Shown here piece by piece: positions 48,367 through 58,065 of a stretch of 64,000 nucleotides of DNA (position 1 is the first letter of the stretch; the number at the start of each line of letters is the position of its first letter). The notes under the pieces were generated by a model, which worked only from the letters and a program-made list of their open reading frames with translations, did no database searches and was not told the DNA's origin. The translations under genes were made by a program, and so were the position numbers. The DNA is from a virus: positions 2,845-66,844 of the IMG/VR virus record IMGVR_UViG_3300025876_000020. One strand, written 5' to 3'.

Positions 48367-50712
48367 CTATACTGGTGTTACAGATGATGATCCGTCTGCG
48401 ATATACCAAACATCGGTTGCTGACGCTCCAGCTGCAACCATGATCCTGTTGTTAGTAGTATCAAACACCATAAGTCCTTGACGCTTACGTGTGGTATTAA
48501 TATCTGCTGTAGCGTCTAGAAGGTTAACTTCAGTGTCCATTACCAGTGTGATCTCTTGCTGCCCATTATTACGTACACGCGCAACTTCACTAGCGTTTGC
48601 CGCACTACCATCTGGCGTGAGGTAAGTAACCATACGGAATGGTGTATCAAAGGATGCATGATCACCATCAGCTTCAAACTGAATATATCCACCAGAGTTG
48701 GATGCTGCATTGTTTCCGAAGTCATTACCTCTATCTGCAACACCTCCGAATGGTTACTTACTATCACCTTCAACTAAGTAGTCATCACCGAACGTGCCAA
48801 TAGTTGTGCCTCTGGACTTAGCACCAACAAACATTACAGGGTCGGTACCTGTACCCCATCGCGACGCTGTAAATCCAGTTGATCTATCATCGTGAGCGGA
48901 GTAGGTTGTTAATCTATTGGCAATTTCTATGGCGTAGTCGTTTGTATTAGGAGATACAACCAGTTTATCACCATCCCAATATAAACCTTCTGTAATCTGG
49001 TAGTTGTCTGGTAGCTCACCCCCATCTCGTAGACTACCGGTAACCGCAATACTATCTACACCAGTCCATGAGCCAACACCTTCTGCTGTCTTGGTAAACT
49101 GTGGTGATACATTTTCAAAGATGCACCCGACAACTACAACACCCTCAACAGTCTTGCCTGCCTCTGTTGCTTTGAAGCGGATAGCAGTATCAACACTAGT
49201 CGATGGTAACCCCTGCTGAACTGAGCTATCAACGAACTTGCATCCAGTAAATGAGTTCTTGAAACCGTTCTCAATTAACACTTCACCATTATCGAAGTAG
49301 CAACCTGTAAACATATTGCCTACTGCGTAAGTGCCTGCCACTGTGTCCGTCTTTAACCAGACACATACATGACCCACGCCCTCGGTAGGTGCAGTTACAA
49401 AATGGCAGTTGTGCCAAAGATTAGCAGATCCTTTATCACTCTTCATCGGATACAAACCATGTGAACAATTAATGTTTGAGAATAAGCAGTCGTTAGTATC
49501 AACACTTAAACAAGTTGATGTCCTGTAGGTATAATCCTCAATACCATTATTGGTTGGAACTGCATTTGTATCTGCATTTGTCCACTCGTTAAGGATCATG
49601 TTTTCAAACCTACCACCTTGAACGCTCACAATGTAGAGACCGAACTCCCTCATGTGGATCATGTTGATGTTGGTGAACAAGCATCGCTGACACTGAGTAG
49701 CGTAGATACCATTTGATCTCTTGCTGCTGTCAGAGACATCTAATCCGCAGTCGATGTCGAGGTCGTGAATGATTAAGCGTTCAGTAGCGAAGCTGGAGAC
49801 ATAGATAACACATGAGTCTGTGCCGTCACCAACAGGAAAGTCAGTAGTAACAATTAAGTTACCGTTGCCGAACTTGATCTTGCGGTTGATGGTAAGTGTT
49901 GATGTCACCCTGTAAAGTAATCCACCCAAGTCTACTTGGACGTATCCAGCACCAACATCAGAAAATTCAGTATCACACAGTGACTCGGCGTGATCAATGG
50001 CTGCTTGTATTGCTGCTGTGTCGTCCGTAGTTCCGTCACCCACTGCACCAAAGTCTGCTGGCGTAATACGCTCACGTAGCTTGGCTCGGACTGTGGTTAC
50101 TTGCGCGCCAGTACCAGCCGGAGTGTATGATACAGCGGATGCATCCGCAGCAGTTGCAACTGTTGATACCCATTGGCTCGAGCCACCGACTTCAACGTAA
50201 TAAACATACAAATTACCGTCACCAGTATTAAACCACAAATCACCGTCTGATGGGGTAGATGGTACAGTCTCGGAAGTTGTTACACTGGCACCACTACCTA
50301 TAGATGCGATAGATGGTGTAACCGTTACCCATTGCAGCGTAGTATTATCTGCGTAATATATATACAATACAGCTGTATTAGTATTAAACCAAAGATCACC
50401 TGCACTTGGATCTGCTGGTGCAGTTTCTTGAGATACAACATTAGCTCCTCCACCCTCAGCATTCGAACTAGTTGATACTGTTACCCACTGATCAGTATTA
50501 CCATCACCATAGAAAACTGACAATACAGCAGTATTATCATTGAACCAAAGATCACCAATACTCGGATTTAGAGGAGGAGTTTCAGAAGTCGCAATAACAG
50601 TACCTTCACCTACACCTAAAGTAGTCCATGAATTGCCAGACCACTTCCATGTTTTTAATCCCGTATTATAAACTTGACCTACTGATGGGTTTGCTGGAAA
50701 ATTTAAAGCCAT
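48367..50712 (-). pseudogene. Tailspike (type B, pectate-lyase-3-like) interrupted by a single in-frame TAA at 48756-48754
   Basis: ORFs 48754..50712 and 48367..48633 are in the same frame, joined by 40 stop-free codons (PFGGVADRG...DTPFR). The gene contains ITPADFGAVGDGTTDDTAAIQAAI and three GDLWF..QWV modules. Confidence 0.8.
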
Positions 50713-50818
50713 ATACAGTTATTTAGTCACAATTACTATAAACAGTCGAAAATAAAAACCAAAACTTTATAAAAAACTCTAACGAATTAATTGCAATAGT
50801 TATGTTGTTGGATCCATT

Positions 50819-50959
50819 TCACCAGTCAATATCACAGTCGAATCCACCACCTGCTACAGGAATGCTTATAGTGTAGTTATCTGAAGGTACAAGCCACTCC
50901 GACCTAAACCGCGTATCTCCTCCACTATGCTGACCTGGGGCTGTATCAATACCACTCAT
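50819..50959 (-). pseudogene. 46-codon remnant of a PKD/BspA-type surface or tail protein
   Basis: MSGIDTAPGQHSGGDTRFRSEWLVPSDNYTISIPVAGGGFDCDIDW*NGS: the TGA sits where the Gly of a DWG(D/N)G motif is expected. It starts 1 nt after the upstream stop. Confidence 0.55.
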
Positions 50960-50960
50960 A

Positions 50961-53762
50961 TTAAACTGTTGACCATATATAGAAGTTTACACTATCATGA
51001 GTAAACCAAGATAGTTGAGCTAGCTCGTTGGGACCCATATCAACCGTTGCTGCAACATCACCCGCTGCTGTATTATAACCTGCGTCAAGTGTCAATAAAT
51101 GACCTCCGACTGCATCTTGAATGACTGTTAAAGTACCACTACTTCCCGACGGGGCGTTCGTTATTGTGCTCAGTGTTCGATCCGCTGTAAGAGTAAGTAA
51201 GGCATTTATACCCGAACTGGCATCGTAAGTTACTGTCGCTTGATCTATTAAGGTCTGCGGTACAAGATAATCGTGAATAATCTCTTTATAATCCGTATTA
51301 TCCCATGAGCTTAACGCAGCGTTAAACACCAAAATATCACCCTCCTGTGGATTGGTAATCCTAACATCGTGTAATTCATCAATGTGGTAACCGTGTTCTT
51401 GTCTTATAAATAATGTTCTTTTATTACCCTCTACACCTATAACCATAGCTGTAGGAATAATTTTGTTTGGTGATAGTGGTGGGTTGTTCGTTAACTTACC
51501 AGCCTCTGTGCTTATATATAGAACAGTTCCTTGTTCCCAATCAGGATCCTCATCCTCAAATCCAGGCTTATCAATATTTTCTACACCAACAATATCTGTA
51601 ACTATCGACTGACCATTCTCAACTACAACATCTCTTACTTTACCAAAGGTAGTAATATAACCAAATCCATTCTGAGCAAAATCTTGTGTTGCGACTCCAA
51701 CAAAAAACAACTCGTCAGCTGCCCCGTGTACTACACCCTCAGCTGAACTAGCGCTATATAATGAGACCTCTATCTTACCACTACCCCCACCTACAGCTCC
51801 AGATGCATAAACAACTTGACCGTTCAGAATTGCTTCAGATGCTTTAACATTAATAACCTGCTCTTCACCAACCTGTAAGACCACATTATTATCTAGGCTC
51901 AAGTCTAATGTAGACTCATCTACATTCCAACTCAGATTACCAGCTACTGATGTTTCAGGGTCAGTATTAAAGTGTATTATATCAGCAGTTAGTGCAGTCG
52001 TAACCATATTACTTGCTGATAGTAAACCATCAACTGACGTAGTACCACCACAAGCACTGACTTCATTTAAAAGAACCGTTGTATTACAAAAATCACCAGC
52101 GCCAGCACTACCCCATGAAGCACTATTAGCACTTACAGTAGTATAAGTAGACTCCCAGTTACCGGTTAACGGATACAGCCAACTATCATCGTATATTAAT
52201 CCATCACCACCGTCCCACTGGCTACTTAAACTCTGAACAGTATTATATGTACTACACCATTCGTCACTATCGCCACAGTTTGATGTTATAACACCATTGA
52301 CTTGCAAATTACCATCCATTGTACCACCGAGAGCAAATTGTGTAGCCACACTACCACCACCACTTGACATCTCAATAAGTCTTTTAAGGGAAGATATCTC
52401 ATTAGTGAACCTCTCAGATATATCTTGTTGAAGTTCTGTTTTTAACTTTTTAACGCTCTTGTTAAAAGCTTTAGTACCTTTTTGCGGATTTAAGCTCTCT
52501 GCTATAATTGTAGAGTTAGTATTTGTATCTATTTGATTAAGTAGCTTATCCTTACTCTCCTCTATTACATTAGTAAAGTAATGTCTCTGTTCGGTAGTAA
52601 GTTCTTCCATTTGATTGGAGACCTTATCAATCTTATCATCGTAATAGCTACGTATATTAGAATCTATACTCTGTAGTTCCTCTAATACCCTCTCTTCTAA
52701 TAAAGTCACATCTCTAGATGTCGTTGTAACTTTATCTTTAATCTCTTTTTCTAATTGTAATACAGATGTTTTAATATTACCAACCCTACCAAGAGCCTTA
52801 TCTACTCCTTTTTTAATCAGATCGTTTAGCTCTACATTTTGTGATGTAATAGTATTCTCTAAACTATCGATATATGATTTACTCTCGCTAAGCTCTAACT
52901 TAACCTGTTCAACTACTCGCTGCTCAGTTTCGCTTAACGTATTGTTAATATCCTCTGTAATAGAAAACAGCTTATCTTTACTACTACCAATTATATCATA
53001 TAAGGCAGGATTAATCTTTTCCTCAACCAACTTATCAGTAATCTGATTAACTCTATCGCTGAGAGAAGCAGTTAATTCCTTAATACGCTCGTTATTGTTT
53101 TCGAAGAAAACATTAAAATTGCTTTCAATTCTAGCTGTTAGGTATTTTTCTAACTGACTATATTGTTGCTCGTTATGTACCTCCTGATCAGACCTGCTAT
53201 TAATAAGGGCACTATTAAATTCGTCTAATAAGTCGTCCTTTGCTATATCTAAAAACTGTTTAATAGCTAGCTGCTTCTCCTCTATAGTATCATTAGCTTC
53301 TTCTATCTTTTGAAGCTTTATTCTTTCTGCATACTCACCAGCTAGCTTTCTTGTGTTTTCAATCTCCTCAAATATGTCCTCTTTATACTGACCCTCTATA
53401 TCAATAATTGCCTCTTCCTCCTCAATGAGCGGTTGAAGACTATGTAACTCTTCTTCAATTACAGACTCCTCTACTACATTACCCTCAATACAGGAAGCTA
53501 CGTCCTTATTGTATAATACTTCGAATCTGTCTCCTTCAGTTAAAATAAAGGAGATACTTCTACTAACGCCATCCTCTACTACTGGTATAGATATTACAGG
53601 ACTACCCTTAAAGGTAGAATCTTTTTCTGCAATATACTTTGTACCGTTTATCTCAAATTCAAACACATCGAAGAAAACCTCTTCATAGCTTTCAACTGTT
53701 AGGATGTTATGAACTGAGTTAGTAAAGGTCGGATTAACCTCTTCGCTAAACAGTTTGATCAT
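50961..53762 (-). CDS. Long coiled-coil plus fibre/decoration-domain protein
   Basis: About 450-aa E/K/L-rich helical N-terminal half and an SSGGGS linker. Then Trp-spaced repeats, a GQVVY...GVAT...GYITTFG...G..LY.S...G.LT domain and DELHDV.I.....GDILVFN. Confidence 0.65.
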   Translation of the reverse strand: MIKLFSEEVNPTFTNSVHNILTVESYEEVFFDVFEFEINGTKYIAEKDSTFKGSPVISIPVVEDGVSRSISFILTEGDRFEVLYNKDVASCIEGNVVEESVIEEELHSLQPLIEEEEAIIDIEGQYKEDIFEEIENTRKLAGEYAERIKLQKIEEANDTIEEKQLAIKQFLDIAKDDLLDEFNSALINSRSDQEVHNEQQYSQLEKYLTARIESNFNVFFENNNERIKELTASLSDRVNQITDKLVEEKINPALYDIIGSSKDKLFSITEDINNTLSETEQRVVEQVKLELSESKSYIDSLENTITSQNVELNDLIKKGVDKALGRVGNIKTSVLQLEKEIKDKVTTTSRDVTLLEERVLEELQSIDSNIRSYYDDKIDKVSNQMEELTTEQRHYFTNVIEESKDKLLNQIDTNTNSTIIAESLNPQKGTKAFNKSVKKLKTELQQDISERFTNEISSLKRLIEMSSGGGSVATQFALGGTMDGNLQVNGVITSNCGDSDEWCSTYNTVQSLSSQWDGGDGLIYDDSWLYPLTGNWESTYTTVSANSASWGSAGAGDFCNTTVLLNEVSACGGTTSVDGLLSASNMVTTALTADIIHFNTDPETSVAGNLSWNVDESTLDLSLDNNVVLQVGEEQVINVKASEAILNGQVVYASGAVGGGSGKIEVSLYSASSAEGVVHGAADELFFVGVATQDFAQNGFGYITTFGKVRDVVVENGQSIVTDIVGVENIDKPGFEDEDPDWEQGTVLYISTEAGKLTNNPPLSPNKIIPTAMVIGVEGNKRTLFIRQEHGYHIDELHDVRITNPQEGDILVFNAALSSWDNTDYKEIIHDYLVPQTLIDQATVTYDASSGINALLTLTADRTLSTITNAPSGSSGTLTVIQDAVGGHLLTLDAGYNTAAGDVAATVDMGPNELAQLSWFTHDSVNFYIWSTV

Positions 53763-53806
53763 ATGTAATTATATTTAGTCTAAGTCGATCAAAAGACTAC
53801 TAATAT

Positions 53807-54310
53807 TTATACCTCAATAGATGCAGCCTGCTGGAAGATAGTATCAAGTGCTGTGTCATCTAATCCAAGACCGGCTGCCATACCAACGAGCAGTGCTGAA
53901 TCTCTCTCTAGAGTATTACCACCGTAGAATACTTCTTCTGCTACAGCCTTTTGTACAGGATCACTAGATAAGCTCTCAACTATTGTATTAATACCATCCA
54001 TAAGCATACCATCACCGTAAGGTGTTACCTTTGCTATAGCACGAATACGCCAAGCTGGTTGAACATACCATTTCGGGTTATGAGCTGGTGGAGCTTCTAC
54101 TTGTTTCCAACCATATGCTTCTGTAGTAAGCTCACGCGACCAAACAAATCCTTCTGCAGGTGCTTCTTCAGGCCTTACTAAGTCCTCTACATAATTATAA
54201 CCAGCAGGTGTAGGTGGGAGGCTGTTAGTAGTTAAAGATATAGGTAACCCACCTAGACTTTTACTATAAAAAGCTAACGGGTTTGTTGTAATGAGTTTAT
54301 ATGTTTTCAT
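53807..54310 (-). CDS. Hypothetical protein, likely a tail-fibre assembly chaperone
   Basis: C-terminal ERDSALLVGMAAGLGLDDTALDTIFQQAA pattern is typical of fibre-adjacent chaperones. Confidence 0.5.
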   Translation of the reverse strand: MKTYKLITTNPLAFYSKSLGGLPISLTTNSLPPTPAGYNYVEDLVRPEEAPAEGFVWSRELTTEAYGWKQVEAPPAHNPKWYVQPAWRIRAIAKVTPYGDGMLMDGINTIVESLSSDPVQKAVAEEVFYGGNTLERDSALLVGMAAGLGLDDTALDTIFQQAASIEV

Positions 54311-54318
54311 ATATTAAA

Positions 54319-55773
54319 TTAAGCTATTGCGTTACTTACATAGAGGTAATTAAATTCGCCATCATAATACCAGCCTATTGTTATTCTACTTGAGATGCTA
54401 TTTGTTAATGTTGCTATATCAGCAAGATCACCAGCCATAACAAGTGATGGATATACATCGGCTGGAAAGGTCCACCCACCGCCATCAGAAGATACTATAA
54501 CCATACCAGATTCTCCTGGTACCGCGTTGGATATAGTGAATGATGTTACGTGACTTGTTAGTGTTGTTAATGCGCTTTCACCTAAGCCTACATCTAAATC
54601 TAGTGCACTATTTGAGGTTACTATTGTCTGTTGAGTATTATCCCAAGATGCACTATTAGCACTTACCGTACTATATGTTGAATCCCATGTAGCGCTAGTT
54701 GATTGTAAAAGCGTATCATCATAACCTATGACCCCTTCTGGTAAGTTCCAATGCCCAGTACCGTCTGCATCTGTACATGTTAGGACTTTTCCAACTGCTT
54801 CGTTACCATCTACTAGTCTAAGACCGCCTAGAGCTTTAAAGTTTATCGAGTTAGCTTGTACTGATGAGAAGGCAGTTGTGGTAGTACTATCACTAAAGAT
54901 GAAGACACCATCGTGCGATGCGCTAGCGGTTGAACCAACAGCAAAGGATTTATTAGCTCGTATACTATTATTAGTACCACCGGGGATAGTGTTAGCATAT
55001 CCTATAATACTATTACTATCACCACCACCTATACTATTAGTATAGCCTATAATATAACTATTGCTGCCGCCGCCTATAACATTATTAAATCCCATAGGGT
55101 CGAACGTAGCGTTATTATATCCCCCACCTATTGCATCTTGAGCACCGTTTGCCAGATTACTATTACCACCAGCAATAACAGAATTAGATCCGCTTGCTAC
55201 TTGTGTTTCTGTCTCTCTACTAGTTTGTAGATCTACACTACCTTCACCACGACTCAATCCAGCAACCTGACCCTCGTCTGTAGCTCTTATATTAAGAGTA
55301 TTTCCTAGTAATGAATCATCTTCGACCCAAATAACTCCGGAACCCTGTATAGTGCCACCTATACTATCATTAAACCAATCAGCACTATTAGCGCTTACGG
55401 TTGTGTATGTTGACTCCCAGTTAGCACTAGGCGTTATAAGCCATGTATCATCATAATCTACCCCAAACCAATCAGCACTATTAGCGCTTACGGTTGTGTA
55501 TGTTGACTCCCAGTTAGCACTTGGAGATATAAGCCATGTATCATCATAATCTACACCAAACCAATCAGCACTATTAGCGCTTACGGTTGTGTATGTTGAC
55601 TCCCAGTCACCTGATAGTTCAGCTAATTCACTATCAGCTAATAACGCACCAGATAAATAATTAGCGAGTAGATCTAAAGAGCCGGCTTTAGTAGTACCAT
55701 CTTGTACCATTACTATTGTTTCGTCTCCGGTATAAAAATTACTACCAGGTAGTTCAGAAATCTTTTTCGCCAT
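54319..55773 (-). CDS. Tail fibre with YadA-head-like repeats and a 31-aa tandem repeat
   Basis: MAKKISELP N-terminus and SVIAGG.SN/AIGGG.NN repeats. TAAATA-N5-ATG upstream. Confidence 0.75.
   Translation of the reverse strand: MAKKISELPGSNFYTGDETIVMVQDGTTKAGSLDLLANYLSGALLADSELAELSGDWESTYTTVSANSADWFGVDYDDTWLISPSANWESTYTTVSANSADWFGVDYDDTWLITPSANWESTYTTVSANSADWFNDSIGGTIQGSGVIWVEDDSLLGNTLNIRATDEGQVAGLSRGEGSVDLQTSRETETQVASGSNSVIAGGNSNLANGAQDAIGGGYNNATFDPMGFNNVIGGGSNSYIIGYTNSIGGGDSNSIIGYANTIPGGTNNSIRANKSFAVGSTASASHDGVFIFSDSTTTTAFSSVQANSINFKALGGLRLVDGNEAVGKVLTCTDADGTGHWNLPEGVIGYDDTLLQSTSATWDSTYSTVSANSASWDNTQQTIVTSNSALDLDVGLGESALTTLTSHVTSFTISNAVPGESGMVIVSSDGGGWTFPADVYPSLVMAGDLADIATLTNSISSRITIGWYYDGEFNYLYVSNAIA
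55372..55607. repeat. 93-bp in-frame tandem repeat (~2.5 copies)
   Basis: Units start at 55372, 55465 and 55558 and encode WESTYTTVSANSADWFGVDYDDTWLI(S/T)PSAN. Confidence 0.95.
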
Positions 55774-55785
55774 ACTATTATTTAG

Positions 55786-55813
55786 TTGATAAAGATAAAT
55801 TTTAACATATAAT
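55786..55813 (+). promoter_or_regulatory. Sigma70-type early promoter
   Basis: TTGATA-N16-TATAAT, 6 nt before the ATG at 55820. It abuts the divergent late TAAATA box. Confidence 0.65.
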
Positions 55814-55819
55814 AGTGAT

Positions 55820-56524
55820 ATGACTTCGAATATTCCTGTTAAGTTTGATGAAGAATCACATACTTACACACATAAAACTCTAGATAAGTTAATATCTGTT
55901 ACTACCTTACTAGGTAAATATAAAAAACCCTTCGATAGTAACTATCATGCAGAGCGGGTTGCTAAAAGAGAGGGTGTTTCAAAAGATATAGTACTTGAGA
56001 TGTGGGAGGCGGAAAAGAATAAGGCTTGCGATAAAGGTACTAAGATACATAAGCTGCTAGAAGATTATATTTCGTATGGTGATATCAAAAATGATTACGG
56101 TTGGCTGTATAAGTCGTATGATAAAAGTGTAGAGTATTATATCGATAGGTTCAGTAAAGTTTACTGTGAGAAGCTACTATATAACGAAGAGTATAAAGTA
56201 GCAGGCACTGCTGATCTAATTTATGAGCATAGTAAAGATGAATTTACTTTAGGAGACTTTAAGACTAATAAGAAGTTTAGATTTAGCTCTCCGTTTGGAG
56301 AGAGGTTATTAGAACCAGTTGATCATTTACATAATTGTGAGAATAATATATACGCTTTACAGTTATCCATGTACGCTTACTTTTACGAGCAGCTCACAGG
56401 TAAGCGTTGTAGAAAGTTAGTTATATTTTATCTGAGTGGTGATAGATTTAAGGCCTATCACTGCAATTATCTTAAGAGTGATGTAGAAAAAGTATTAGAA
56501 AACTACAAACGACTGACTAAATAG
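55820..56524 (+). CDS. PD-(D/E)XK family exonuclease (RecB/Cas4-superfamily-like)
   Basis: SVTT, GTKIH..LE, E, AGTADL, DFKT and Y.LQLS.Y. Confidence 0.85.
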   Translation: MTSNIPVKFDEESHTYTHKTLDKLISVTTLLGKYKKPFDSNYHAERVAKREGVSKDIVLEMWEAEKNKACDKGTKIHKLLEDYISYGDIKNDYGWLYKSYDKSVEYYIDRFSKVYCEKLLYNEEYKVAGTADLIYEHSKDEFTLGDFKTNKKFRFSSPFGERLLEPVDHLHNCENNIYALQLSMYAYFYEQLTGKRCRKLVIFYLSGDRFKAYHCNYLKSDVEKVLENYKRLTK

Positions 56525-56530
56525 CTTGAG

Positions 56531-56746
56531 ATGAAGGTTGGAAAACTAATCAAAAAATTTGAAACGAAGCTAGATGAACTCTATGAATCTCTTTATGAGT
56601 TGAGAGATTCTCTCGATATGGTTGAGGATGAACAGGTTGACTATCTCGTCAATGGATTCGTTGATCAAATAGAGCTAGTCGTTGACGAAGGTAAAATAAC
56701 ACCTGACGATATTAAAGATCAGCTCTTATCATTAGAAGAGGAATAA
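56531..56746 (+). CDS. Small acidic hypothetical protein
   Basis: 71-aa ORF with TAAATA 7 nt upstream. Confidence 0.6.
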   Translation: MKVGKLIKKFETKLDELYESLYELRDSLDMVEDEQVDYLVNGFVDQIELVVDEGKITPDDIKDQLLSLEEE

Positions 56747-56754
56747 ATAAAAGT

Positions 56755-56961
56755 ATGAATGAGTTTGATAACCTTTGTGAAGGTATTTTAAGATCAGTAG
56801 ATGACACTATTGACTATAATCCTGAGGAGTTAGCTAAAGGTATTAAAGTTGAGATGGAGCATACAACCGACAAAGCAACCGCTGAAGTAATTGCAAAGCA
56901 GCACATTGCTGAGGTATCCGATTACTATACAAGACTAGAAACAATAGATCCACATAAGTAG
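56755..56961 (+). CDS. DUF5661-like small protein
   Basis: ELAKGIKVEMEHT...A..IA..H..E..DYYTRL. TAAATA-N5-ATG upstream. Confidence 0.7.
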   Translation: MNEFDNLCEGILRSVDDTIDYNPEELAKGIKVEMEHTTDKATAEVIAKQHIAEVSDYYTRLETIDPHK

Positions 56962-57002
56962 TTGATTTTAATAATTCATATATTAAAATAATATATATAT
57001 AT

Positions 57003-57851
57003 ATGAAAAAAGTTTTAATTTTAGGCTACGGCTATACTGGAGGGTATTTGTATAATAGACTTAAGAAGGATCATGATGTAGAGATTGTCTCAAAAGCCTC
57101 TCTAAACTATACCGACTCTGATATTCTCGAGACGTATCTATTTGAGTATAAGCCTGATTACGTAGTTAATTGTTCTGGCTACACAGGCAGACCTAACGTA
57201 GATGGATGTGAAGATAATAAAGAGGATTGCTGGAAGTTAAATGTAACAGCTCCTGCAATGGTCAACAACGCTTGTAGGGTGCATAATATTCCTTACATTC
57301 ACATCTCCTCTGGTTGTGTTTACTCGGGTTATGAAAAAGCATGGACTGAAAAAGACCCAGCAAACTATGGAGTGTTTAGTAACGAGTCGTCATTCTACTC
57401 AAAGTCGAAGCATGCTTATGAATTAGCGAGTAGTGATTATGGGCTGACTATCAGAATCAGAATGCCATTTGATGATGATAATACTGATAGGTCTATTGTT
57501 GCAAAGCTTCTTAGATATGATAAGCTAATTGACCCGGGTAAAAACTCAAAGACATACATGAATGATCTTACTAAGTTTATTAACAAATACATCTCAGAAG
57601 GTCATAATGATAATGAAATTATTAACTTTGTTAACCCAGAACCTCTTTCTACTCTTGAAGTTACAGAGATTATGAAGGTGAATGGTATGGTTAATGAAAA
57701 CTGGGAAGTGGTTGAGTTTGAAGAGCTAGGAACAAAGTGTGGAAGAAGTAATTGTACACTTGACATTACTAAGCTTAAGAATAAATATGGTTTTGAGCCT
57801 CTAACTGAACAAAAGGCTCTTCTTCAAGCACTATACTGGAATGCAAAATAA
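57003..57851 (+). CDS. NAD(P)-dependent dTDP-4-dehydrorhamnose reductase/epimerase-like (RmlD family)
   Basis: ILGYGYTG Rossmann motif, GYTGRPNVDGCE, HISSGCVY, YSKSK (YxxxK), RIRMP and RSNCTLD. Confidence 0.85.
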   Translation: MKKVLILGYGYTGGYLYNRLKKDHDVEIVSKASLNYTDSDILETYLFEYKPDYVVNCSGYTGRPNVDGCEDNKEDCWKLNVTAPAMVNNACRVHNIPYIHISSGCVYSGYEKAWTEKDPANYGVFSNESSFYSKSKHAYELASSDYGLTIRIRMPFDDDNTDRSIVAKLLRYDKLIDPGKNSKTYMNDLTKFINKYISEGHNDNEIINFVNPEPLSTLEVTEIMKVNGMVNENWEVVEFEELGTKCGRSNCTLDITKLKNKYGFEPLTEQKALLQALYWNAK

Positions 57852-58065
57852 AAAAAAGAAATGGCTAATTTGTGATAGCGAAAAAGAAGTAATTATCGAA
57901 GCATTGACCATGTGGGGTGCATTAGGTATTCATCTACATGGGGATCGTTTTGGTCTCAGTAATGATTGGCAGTATACAACTACAAAGACAGGTTGGATAC
58001 TTGCAGTAGATGGAGCTGAGCGTAAGTTTGGTAGGAAGAAGATTAAACTAAAGGAGATTGAGTAA
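57841..58065 (+). CDS. Hypothetical protein
   Basis: 74-aa ORF overlapping both neighbours in an operon-like arrangement. Confidence 0.5.
   Translation: MQNKKKKWLICDSEKEVIIEALTMWGALGIHLHGDRFGLSNDWQYTTTKTGWILAVDGAERKFGRKKIKLKEIE

Noticed and set aside
48540-48773. 77-aa ORF suggesting a programmed frameshift at the end of the tailspike
   Set aside because: The fibre-like sequence continues in the original frame past the TAA, so no frameshift is needed, and no slippery site is evident.
48600-50200. Apparently higher GC in the interrupted tailspike, suggesting recent acquisition
   Set aside because: This is a visual impression only. It needs a sliding-window GC and codon-usage calculation.
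48754-50821. Alternative genetic code (stop reassignment) explaining the two in-frame stops
   Set aside because: The two stops differ (TAA and TGA). TAA, TAG and TGA all end well-defined genes here, for example the ATGA overlaps at 16079-16082 and 9604-9607, and core genes are full length in code 11.
55372-56524. CRISPR array with a Cas4-like gene
   Set aside because: The repeats are in-frame 93-bp coding tandem units with near-identical intervening sequence. The nuclease lacks the Cas4 C-terminal Cys cluster.
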